From Myxococcales bacterium (GTDB lineage: Bacteria > Myxococcota_A > Polyangia > Polyangiales > Ga0077539), in NCBI GenBank assembly GCA_016792845.1, contig JAEUKH010000043.1, positions 25,846 to 89,845 of the forward strand: a DNA stretch of 64,000 bases. The letters run 5' to 3'. Positions 43,219-51,083 of this stretch are shown here, in pieces; within the stretch, counting starts at the first letter, position 1; every line of letters begins with the position of its first letter. A program made the translations under genes and the position numbers. The notes beneath the pieces were generated by a model. That model was not told where the DNA came from and did not search any database. It worked only from the letters and a program-made list of their open reading frames with translations.

Positions 43219-44556
43219 ATGGCAGACATCGGCCCCCGCCCTCGCACGTCGCTCCCCATCGCGCCCAAGGCCGCTCCGGCGCGGCGGTTTCTGCCCCTGG
43301 CCGACGCGGTTCGACCCATCGACCAGCGCTGGCAGCCCATCTACGCCGTCTGGGAGATCACCCTCCGCTGCGACCTCGCGTGCCGTCACTGCGGCTCCCG
43401 CGCGGGCAAGACCCGCCCCGACGAGCTCAGCACCGCCGAGTGCCTCGACCTCGTCAAGCAGATGGCCGAGCTCGGCACCCGCGAGGTCACCCTCATCGGC
43501 GGCGAAGCCTATCTCCGCGAAGACTGGACGGAAATCGCCCGCTCGGTGCGCGACCACGGCATGGAGTGCACCATGACCACGGGCGGCCGCGGCCTCACCC
43601 CCGAGCGCGTCAAGGCCGCCAAAGAAGCGGGCATCCGCAGCGTCTCGGTGAGCGTCGACGGGCTCGAAGAGACCCACGACGCGCTGCGCGGGGTCAACGG
43701 CTCGTGGCGCGCCGCCTTCGAGGCCCTGCGCAACCTCCGCGAGGCGGGCGTCCATTGTTCGGCCAACTCGCAGTTCGGCCGGGCGTCGCTCTATGAAATG
43801 CCCGAGGTCTTCGAGCACCTCGTCGCGGCCGGCATTCACTCTTGGCAGACCCAGCTCACCGTCGCCATGGGCCGCGCCGCCGATGAGCCCAAGCTCCTCC
43901 CTGAGCCCTTTCAGATCCTCGAAGTAATGGCCATGCTCGCGCGGCTGAAGAAGCGCGCCGACGCCCACCGCGTGCGCATCTGGCCGGGCAACAACATCGG
44001 GTACTTCGGGCCCTACGAGTCGACCCTGCGCGGCACCCTGCCCCGCGGTCACATGGCCTCGTGCGGGGCCGGGCGCTCGACCCTCGGCATCGAAGCCGAC
44101 GGGAGCATCAAGGGTTGCCCCTCGCTCCCCACCAGCGAGTACACCGGCGGCAACATCCGAGACAACAGCCTCCGCGACATCTGGGAGCGCTCGAAACCCC
44201 TACGGTTCACCCGCGATCGCACCGTCGAAGACCTCTGGGGCTACTGCCGCGACTGCTACTACAACGACACCTGCCGCGCGGGCTGCTCGTGGACGACCCA
44301 CGTCCTCCTCGGCAAGCCCGGCAACAACCCCTACTGTCACCACCGCGCGCTCGAGCTCTTGCGCGAGGGCAAGCGCGAGCGCGTGCGTCGGGTCTCGCCC
44401 GCGCCGGGTGAGCCCTTCGACCACGGCATCTACGAGATCGTCGTCGAAGACTGGCCCGCCGACGAGCTGGCCCGCGCTGAGGCCCTCGCGCGCACCGGCG
44501 AAGGCTGGCTGAGCGACGGCCCCACGCCCCCCGAACCCTTGCCAAACCGCGGCTGA
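43219..44556 (+). CDS. Radical SAM enzyme with C-terminal SPASM domain (peptide/protein-modifying rSAM maturase family)
   Basis: CX3CX2C cluster is WEITLRCDLACRHCGS. SPASM is CGAGRSTLGIEADGSIKGCP plus CRDCYYNDTCRAGCSW. Confidence 0.85.
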   Translation: MADIGPRPRTSLPIAPKAAPARRFLPLADAVRPIDQRWQPIYAVWEITLRCDLACRHCGSRAGKTRPDELSTAECLDLVKQMAELGTREVTLIGGEAYLREDWTEIARSVRDHGMECTMTTGGRGLTPERVKAAKEAGIRSVSVSVDGLEETHDALRGVNGSWRAAFEALRNLREAGVHCSANSQFGRASLYEMPEVFEHLVAAGIHSWQTQLTVAMGRAADEPKLLPEPFQILEVMAMLARLKKRADAHRVRIWPGNNIGYFGPYESTLRGTLPRGHMASCGAGRSTLGIEADGSIKGCPSLPTSEYTGGNIRDNSLRDIWERSKPLRFTRDRTVEDLWGYCRDCYYNDTCRAGCSWTTHVLLGKPGNNPYCHHRALELLREGKRERVRRVSPAPGEPFDHGIYEIVVEDWPADELARAEALARTGEGWLSDGPTPPEPLPNRG

Positions 44557-44601
44557 ATCACCCCCTCAACCGCCACCCCCCCAAAGAGGAAGATCGTTCG
44601 C

Positions 44602-45234
44602 ATGGCCTACAAACCCCTCATCCCCTGTGAAGGCTGTCACCGCCACGTCTTGGCCGCCGAGACGGCGTGCCCCTTCTGCGGCGAAGCCCGCGAAGCCCAG
44701 GTCGTGCGCGCGGTGGCCCCGCCGAAACGCGCGACCCGCGGCGCGCTCTACACCTTCGGCGCGGCCCTCATCATCGCCGGCTGCGGCAGCACCACCGGCG
44801 GCGAGAACAACACCCCCGCCGACGGCGGCGCCTCGCAAGACGTCGCCCGCACCCCGGGCGACAGCAGCGTGAGCGACGCAGGGGCCCGCGACGCCGGGTC
44901 GGGCCAAGACGTGCCCGCCGCCCGCGACGCGTCGGTCGAAGACGTCGGCGGCCCCGTCGCAGCGTACGGCGCCCCGCCCGACCGCGACGCAGGCCCCCGT
45001 GACAGCGGCCCCGACGACGACGGCGGCGCCATGGCCGAGTACGGCGCCCCGCCCGACGACGGCGGCACCAACGCCGACTACGGCGCCCCGCCCGACCGCG
45101 ACGGCGGCGGAATTGCACCGCTTTATGGCTTGCCTCCGAACCATGACGCAGGTCAGGGTACCGGCGATGACGGCGGCGGCGGCGGCGGGGTCATGCCCCT
45201 CTACGGCGCCCCGCCCGACGCGGGTTGGCAGTGA
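44602..45234 (+). CDS. Zinc-ribbon/lipobox protein with five tandem [x]YG[AL]PP[DN] repeats (putative rSAM-SPASM substrate)
   Basis: N-terminal CEGCHRHV...CPFCGE. Hydrophobic segment with lipobox-like ALIIAGCGS. Asp/Gly-rich region with AYGAPPD, EYGAPPD, DYGAPPD, LYGLPPN, LYGAPPD. Starts 45 bp after the rSAM stop. Confidence 0.6.
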   Translation: MAYKPLIPCEGCHRHVLAAETACPFCGEAREAQVVRAVAPPKRATRGALYTFGAALIIAGCGSTTGGENNTPADGGASQDVARTPGDSSVSDAGARDAGSGQDVPAARDASVEDVGGPVAAYGAPPDRDAGPRDSGPDDDGGAMAEYGAPPDDGGTNADYGAPPDRDGGGIAPLYGLPPNHDAGQGTGDDGGGGGGVMPLYGAPPDAGWQ

Positions 45235-45262
45235 ATCCGAACAGCTGAGAGGTAGTACTGTG

Positions 45263-45793
45263 ATGAAATCCTTGGTTCCTTGTCCGTCGTGCGGTCGCCA
45301 CGTCAGGGTCAGCGAGGCGGCCTGCCCGTTCTGCGCGACGGCGCTCCCGACCGACCTCGCGGCCCGCGCGATCCCCTCGTCGTCGGGGCGCTTGAAGCGC
45401 GCCGCGGCCTTCGCGTTTACCGCCACCCTCACCCTCGCCGGGTGCAGCGACGACCCCACCCCCGCGGCCGACTCGGGCGCCGTGGTCGACGCAGGCGGCA
45501 GCGACGCGGGCTCACAAACGACCGACAGCGGCGTCCGTGACGCAGGCCCCGGCGACGACGGCGGCGCCATGGCCCTCTACGGCGGCCCTCCCGTCGACGC
45601 GGGCTCAGCCGACGCCGGGCCCCGTGACGACGGCGGCGCCATGGCCCTCTACGGCGGCCCTCCCGTCGACGCAGGCCCCAGCGACGCAGGCCCCGACGAC
45701 GACGGCGGCTCGGCGGCCCTCTACGGCGCCCCCGCCGACGCAGGCCCCGGCGTCCGTTACGGCGCGCCCCCGCCCCCCGACAGCGGCGTCTGA
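45263..45793 (+). CDS. Paralogous zinc-ribbon/lipobox protein with four LYGGPPVD-type repeats
   Basis: CPSCGRHV...CPFCAT zinc ribbon. LTLAGCSD lipobox. Repeats LYGGPPVD x2, LYGAPADAG, RYGAPPPPD. The ATG at 45263 is preceded by GAGAGG. The track's longer N-terminal extension is junk. Confidence 0.6.
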   Translation: MKSLVPCPSCGRHVRVSEAACPFCATALPTDLAARAIPSSSGRLKRAAAFAFTATLTLAGCSDDPTPAADSGAVVDAGGSDAGSQTTDSGVRDAGPGDDGGAMALYGGPPVDAGSADAGPRDDGGAMALYGGPPVDAGPSDAGPDDDGGSAALYGAPADAGPGVRYGAPPPPDSGV

Positions 45794-45840
45794 TCCCCTC
45801 GGCCGCCCCTCGCGCGGCCACACCAAACCCTCGCTTACGA

Positions 45841-46401
45841 TCACCGCAAGTACGGCGCAATCGCATGGAGCACCCGCTGCCCCACGGGGTCGCCCACGCA
45901 CGCCACCGCCACCTGGCAGAGGGTCGACGCGATGGCGTAGTGCAGCGGCGCCTCGCGCGGGTTCGGCGACCACGCCGAGAAGCGCGACACGGTCTGCCCG
46001 ACCTTGGCCTCGTAGGCGATCCAAACACCGTCGCGCCCGCGCACCGGCACCGAGTGGAGCGGCAGGTTCGGCATCGCGGCCAGCGCGGCGTCGCTCATGG
46101 CGGCCTTCACCGTGGCCTCCCACACGCCAGGCGCGGCGGGCGGCGTCGACACCGGCGGGCGCATCCCGGCGGCGGCCAAAGTCGCCTCGCGGAGCGACAG
46201 GTCGGCCGCACGCACCTCCACCCACCCCCCGACGCCGATGTCGCTCAAGGTCACCGCCACGACGTCATGAAACGCCGGAAAGAACACCGCCCGCCACACC
46301 GCATCGACGCGCTCGAAGCGCGAGTGTTCGAGCGCGACGAGGCCCATCGCCTCGCACAAAAGCGCCCGGCTCCGGGCCATCGGGTCAGTCGGGGCGTGCA
46401 T
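45841..46401 (-). CDS. Hypothetical protein
   Basis: Protein-like composition (F/H/W/Y present), unlike the overlapping Arg-rich plus frame. No domain recognised. Confidence 0.35.
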   Translation of the reverse strand: MHAPTDPMARSRALLCEAMGLVALEHSRFERVDAVWRAVFFPAFHDVVAVTLSDIGVGGWVEVRAADLSLREATLAAAGMRPPVSTPPAAPGVWEATVKAAMSDAALAAMPNLPLHSVPVRGRDGVWIAYEAKVGQTVSRFSAWSPNPREAPLHYAIASTLCQVAVACVGDPVGQRVLHAIAPYLR

Positions 46402-46507
46402 CGGTTGGTCGGCCGAGAGGTGTACCGCAACGGCGGGCCGGTGCCGAGCCCGAGCGCGCCGAAGGGCGTCGTGCGGGGCGCGAAGTGGGTGTACCCTCGG
46501 GGGCTGA

Positions 46508-48014
46508 GATGGGCCCGATGACGCACCGTGGTTGGCTCCTAGGGGCCGCGATTTGTCTTCTCTCGACCGCCGCCCAGGCCGACGACCTCTGGGTCGCCAC
46601 CACCGGCCGGAGCGGCAACCCCGGCACCCGCGCCCAACCCATCGACACGATGCAGAACGCCCTGCGGCGTGCGCGCCCGGGCGACCGCGTGCTCGTGAGC
46701 GCCGGCGTCTACCCCGGCGGCGGCTGGATCGACGCCCGCGGCACCGCCGAGGCGCCCATCACCGTGGTGTCAGCACACGGCCTGCACCGCGCCGTGCTGG
46801 AAGGCGGCCGCGAGGGCCTGCGCATCGGAGACGGCGGCGCCTACTTGGTCTTCGAGGGCCTTGAGGTGCGCAACACCACCGACAACGTGGTGCACATCGA
46901 CGGCGACAGCCACCACATCACCCTGCGCCATCTCTACGCCCACGACGCGGGCACCGAGGGCGACGTGCTCAAGGTCAACCAGGCCCACCACATCGTGGTC
47001 GAGCGCTCAGAGTTCGCGCGCCCCGGGCGACGCCTCCCGCCGAACGAAAACCCCTACCAGGAGTGCATCGATTTCGTCGCCACCGACGAGGTGATCGTGC
47101 GCGACAGCTACATCCACGACGGGGGCGGCAATTTGCTCTACGCCAAGGGCGGCTCGCAGGGGGTGGTCTTCGAGCGCAACGTCATCGCCGACCAGCGCGC
47201 GGGCGCCGCCGACCCGATGGTGGGCCTCGGCGCCGTCACCGACCGCAACCTCATCGCCCACGGCGGCAGCTTCGAAATCTACGACGTGGTGTTTCGCAAC
47301 AACATCGTCGTGTCGGGGCGCCACGGCGCGCTCGCCATCTACGACGGCCGCAACGTCAACATCGCCAACAACCTCTTCGTCGACAACGACCGGGTGCTCG
47401 TCGAGTTTCGGGCCGGCAACGGTTCGGCCGCGCGGAGCGAAGGGGTGCGCCTGGTCAACAACGTGTTCGTCGACACCCGCGGGAGCATGCCCGGGCCCCT
47501 CGTGCGGCAGTCGCACGGGGTCGAGGGGCTCTTTCTCTCGCACAACGCGTACTACAACCGCGGCCAGGCCGTGCCCACGAGCGCGCTCAGCGAGCTCGCG
47601 GCCCAAGACGGATACCTCAGCGAAGACCCGCGCATCGCCCTCGCGACGGGCGACCGCAGGGTGCTCATGCGGGCCTTGAGACCCGCCGAGGGCTCACCCC
47701 TCGCGGCCTCGGGCTTCGACAGCGCCGCAGAGCCCTACGAGGTCACCCGCGACATCTCAAACCTCACCCGAGACGGCCGCCGCGACCGCGGCCCGTGGAA
47801 CCTCGGCGTCGCCCTCCCCCCGCCCGAGACCGACCCCGCGCCCCTCTTCGCCGAGAACGAAGCCCCCGACGCCGGCCCCCCGCAGATCGGCCCCGTCGCC
47901 GACGAGGGCGGATGCCACGCCCGCCCGGGCCCAGCGCCTCGCCGAGGCCCCGCCGCGCCCCTCGTAGGCCTCGTCGCGCTCGCTTGGCACAGCCTCCGCC
48001 GTCGACGCCGCTAG
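46508..48014 (+). CDS. Secreted right-handed parallel beta-helix (pectate-lyase-fold) protein with MYXO-CTERM-like tail
   Basis: Signal peptide MTHRGWLLGAAICLLSTAAQA. Repeated N-x-x-x-x-N/asparagine-ladder segments (VRNTTDNVVHIDGD, FRNNIVVSG, IANNLFVDN, LVNNVFVDT). The C-terminus GGCHARPGPAPRRGPAAPLVGLVALAWHSLRRRRR is Cys motif, hydrophobic stretch, then Arg run. Confidence 0.7.
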
Positions 48015-48691
48015 GGCCCCTCTGGAGCCCCCCGGCTGGCCTTCTCGACGAGCCCCGAGACCCCCGCCCGGCCCGCCAGCGCGGTCTGAACCGCCTGCCA
48101 CCCGAGCCCCCGGCTCACCAACCCCACCATCACATGGAACACCAGATCTGCCGCCTCGGAGACCACCCGCGCGTCGCCCTCATCGCGCAGGGCCCTCACA
48201 AACTCCTCGGCCTCTTCGGTGACCTTCGCGCCGATGCGAGGCGCCCCGCCCGCCAACAGGCTCCTGGTGTACGAGGGCGCCCCGTCGGGCGCGTCTCGAC
48301 GAGCTCGCAGCACCCGCTCGAGCGACGCCACCGCGTCGGCCGCCTCGGCGTCGACACCTTCGCCCGGCGCGTCGAGCCTGCGAAAGAAGCACGACGGCGC
48401 CCCGGTGTGACAGCTCGGCCCCGCCGGGTCGACCCGATACACGAGGGTGTCGCTGTCGCAATCTACCCAAATTTCGCGAACATAGAGCACATTGCCGCTC
48501 GACTCGCCCTTGCGCCACAGGCGGCCCCGGGAGCGCGAATAGAAGCACCCCACCCCCCGCGCGAGGGTCTCTTCGAGGGCCTCTCGGTCGGCCCAGGCCA
48601 CCATCCGCAGGGCCCCGTCGAGCCGCGACTGAACCACCACCGGCAAGAGCCCATCGGGCCCAAACTTCAGCCCGTCGAAGCGCGCGTCCAT
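48011..48691 (-). CDS. hisIE: Bifunctional phosphoribosyl-AMP cyclohydrolase / phosphoribosyl-ATP pyrophosphatase
   Basis: HisI motif WRKGESSGNVLYVREIWVDCDSDTL. HisE C-terminus EEAEEFVRAL...EAADLVFHVMV. Confidence 0.85.
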   Translation of the reverse strand: MDARFDGLKFGPDGLLPVVVQSRLDGALRMVAWADREALEETLARGVGCFYSRSRGRLWRKGESSGNVLYVREIWVDCDSDTLVYRVDPAGPSCHTGAPSCFFRRLDAPGEGVDAEAADAVASLERVLRARRDAPDGAPSYTRSLLAGGAPRIGAKVTEEAEEFVRALRDEGDARVVSEAADLVFHVMVGLVSRGLGWQAVQTALAGRAGVSGLVEKASRGAPEGP

Positions 48692-48765
48692 GACGGCGGG
48701 TTTTACCGCGACGGCGGCCGCGCGCTCAACGCCGTCGAGGGCTGTGGTAGCGTGGCGCCCACGAC

Positions 48766-49467
48766 ATGAAAGCCGCGATGCTCTTCTCGGCGGTGGCGCT
48801 GATGGTGCTGCCGATCTTTGTCACCGCGCGGGTGCGCGCACGGCTGAAGTTCTCGCGCAGCCTCGTGGCCCTCGGGGCGGCGAGCTTCGTGCTCTCGCAG
48901 GTGGTCCACGTCCCGCTCCTTGTGAAGCTCCAGCCTGGCCTCTTGCGGCCCTTCTGGCTCGCCGCCGCGGTGTTGGGGCTCCTCGCCGGGCTCTGCGAGG
49001 AGCTCACCCGTTACCTCGCCCTCCGCGCCCTGAAGAAGACCGACGTGGCCGACGGCGTGGGCTTCGGGCTCGGGCACGGGGGCGTCGAGGCCTTCCTCCT
49101 CGGGCTTGTGATCTTCCTCGCGCTGGTGTTCAGGCTCCCGGTGGCGTCGCCGACGCTCTCCAGCGTGGCCCTCCAGGCGCAGCTCCCGGGCTGGGTGCCC
49201 CAGGCCGTCTTGCCCGTCGCCGAGCGGGCCATGGTGCTCACCCTCCACGTCGCCTTCACGCTCCTGGTCCAACAGAGCGTTCGGGCCCGCCGCCTCCGCT
49301 GGCTCGCCCTCGCGGTGCTCGCCCACGGCCTCGTCGACGCCGCGGTGCTCTACCTCTTCGTCAACGTCGGGCCCCTCTCGGCCGAAGCCGCCCTCGGCCT
49401 CGCGACCCTCACCGCGGTGCCCATCATCCAGCACTTTCTCGCCCACCGCGACCCGCCCCAAGGCTGA
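48766..49467 (+). CDS. Polytopic membrane protein, YhfC-family intramembrane metalloprotease-like
   Basis: Seven or so TM helices. Motifs CEELTRY and GFGLGHGGVEAF resemble the YhfC/DUF2324 EExxR and GHGGxE signatures. Confidence 0.5.
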   Translation: MKAAMLFSAVALMVLPIFVTARVRARLKFSRSLVALGAASFVLSQVVHVPLLVKLQPGLLRPFWLAAAVLGLLAGLCEELTRYLALRALKKTDVADGVGFGLGHGGVEAFLLGLVIFLALVFRLPVASPTLSSVALQAQLPGWVPQAVLPVAERAMVLTLHVAFTLLVQQSVRARRLRWLALAVLAHGLVDAAVLYLFVNVGPLSAEAALGLATLTAVPIIQHFLAHRDPPQG

Positions 49468-49609
49468 ACCCCCTCCGACACCCGACGCCTCCTCGACCCC
49501 GTCGCCGGTGTCGCACCTTTCGGCGGGTGTACGCGCAAAACGGCCTGCGTTGCGTGCAGAGAGTGGCTTGACGCAACGGGGGTTGGCTCGATACCGTTCG
49601 TCACTCACG

Positions 49610-50539
49610 ATGTCGTCGGCCAAAGAGCCCCCAGACGCAGAGGCCGAGCCAAACTGGCAGGCGCGTACGCAGGTCACGCGCCTCCCCGAGCTGCCACGCT
49701 CGGGGGGCTCTGATTGCTTGGTGGTGATCTACACCCGCGAGGGCCGCGGCCCCATCGGCAAGCGCGTGCCCCTCGACGGGCCCATCGGCGAGCTCTCGCT
49801 GGGCCGCGACGTGCAGAACAACCTCGTGCTCGACTACGAGTCGGTGTCGCGTCGGCACGCCAAGCTCGTGCGCCGCGATGCCGTGTGGTGGGTGGTCGAC
49901 AACAACAGCACCAACGGCACCTACGTCAACGACCAGCCGACACGCGAGTCGCCGCTCCGCAACGGCGACCGCATCAAGATCGGCGACGTGATCTTGAAGT
50001 ACCTCTCGGCGGGCGACCTCGAAGCCGAGTTCATGTCGACCATCTCGCAGATGATGGTGACCGACGGGCTCACCCAGGCCGCCAACAAGCGCTACCTCGT
50101 CGAGCAGATCAACAACGAGCTCAAGCGCTCGATGCGCCACGGTCGGCCCCTCGGGCTCATCATGTTTGACATCGATCACTTCAAGCACGTCAACGACACC
50201 TACGGCCACGTCGCGGGTGACTTCGTGCTGAAAGAGGTGGCCGAGATCGTGCGCGGGCGCATCCGTAACAACGAAGTGTTCGGCCGCTACGGCGGCGAAG
50301 AGTTCGCGCTGCTGTTGCCCGAGACGACCTTGCAGGGCGCGTACAGCCTCGCCCAAGACCTCCGCGAGCTCGTGCAGGCGCGGCCCTTCGTGTTCGACAG
50401 CTATCAGATCCCGGTCACGGTGTCGCTCGGGGTGGCCGAGTGGGCGCCCAACATCAAGACCTCTGATGAGTTCATCCGCGTGGCCGACGACAAGCTGTAT
50501 CAGGCGAAGCGCGGCGGGCGAAACCGCGTCGTCGGCTGA
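49610..50539 (+). CDS. FHA-domain-containing diguanylate cyclase (GGDEF)
   Basis: FHA: LSLGRDVQNNLVLDYESVSRRHAKLVRRDAVWWVVDNNSTNGTYVN. GGDEF: RYGGEEFALLLP, with upstream FDIDHFKHVND. Confidence 0.85.
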   Translation: MSSAKEPPDAEAEPNWQARTQVTRLPELPRSGGSDCLVVIYTREGRGPIGKRVPLDGPIGELSLGRDVQNNLVLDYESVSRRHAKLVRRDAVWWVVDNNSTNGTYVNDQPTRESPLRNGDRIKIGDVILKYLSAGDLEAEFMSTISQMMVTDGLTQAANKRYLVEQINNELKRSMRHGRPLGLIMFDIDHFKHVNDTYGHVAGDFVLKEVAEIVRGRIRNNEVFGRYGGEEFALLLPETTLQGAYSLAQDLRELVQARPFVFDSYQIPVTVSLGVAEWAPNIKTSDEFIRVADDKLYQAKRGGRNRVVG

Positions 50540-50577
50540 GGCCCGCGGCCCTCGCGCGCCGGGGCCTCGCCCTGAGG

Positions 50578-50997
50578 TCAGGCCTTGTCTGAGAAGCGAC
50601 GGCCGCCGAAGGTGGCCTTGAGCTTGTCGTCGAGGTGATCGGCCACCACCGCGAGGATGCCCACCGACGCGATCAGCTCTTCGTTGTCGAGCCGGTCGCC
50701 GAGGAGGTTATGGGCCAGCCACACCTCGTCGTTGCGCCAGTACGCCTTGCCGAAATACAGCTTCTCGTTCTGCGTGTTGAGCTGTTCGAGCAGGCCCTGC
50801 GACACCGCCACCCCCTGAAGCACCGGGGCCACGAGCTCGACGATGGTGTACCGCTCTTGCCACTGGTGGGCTGAGATGAACACCGCCGTCGAGCCGTACG
50901 ACACGCGGCAGCGGCCCTCTTCGACGGTGAACGGGTACCCCGCCGCGGCGAGGATCTCTTCAATTCGCTTCTGAACTTCGGCTGTACGATCAGGCAT
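50578..50997 (-). CDS. YbjN-domain (putative sensory transduction regulator / T3SS-chaperone-like) protein
   Basis: 139-aa alpha/beta protein, called YbjN-like from memory of the family's general sequence character (quoted segment: ...YTIVELVAPVLQGV...); family consensus not verified here. Confidence 0.5.
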   Translation of the reverse strand: MPDRTAEVQKRIEEILAAAGYPFTVEEGRCRVSYGSTAVFISAHQWQERYTIVELVAPVLQGVAVSQGLLEQLNTQNEKLYFGKAYWRNDEVWLAHNLLGDRLDNEELIASVGILAVVADHLDDKLKATFGGRRFSDKA

Positions 50998-51083
50998 CGG
51001 CGGCTCCTTCGCGAAACGCTTTCTCTAGGCGCGCGAAGCTAATGGCCGAGGGGGCCTCGGCGCAACCTTCACGCGCACGACGC

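Noticed and set aside
45537-46507. N-terminal 320-aa extension of the beta-helix protein ORF, and the 9623-10363 / 20230-20817 / 26327-26602 N-terminal extensions of ligA, the MFS and the kinase genes
   Set aside because: The extensions are Arg/Ser/Pro low-complexity with rare codons. Motif-bearing regions begin at internal starts with signal peptides or SD-like sequences, so the shorter starts were used.
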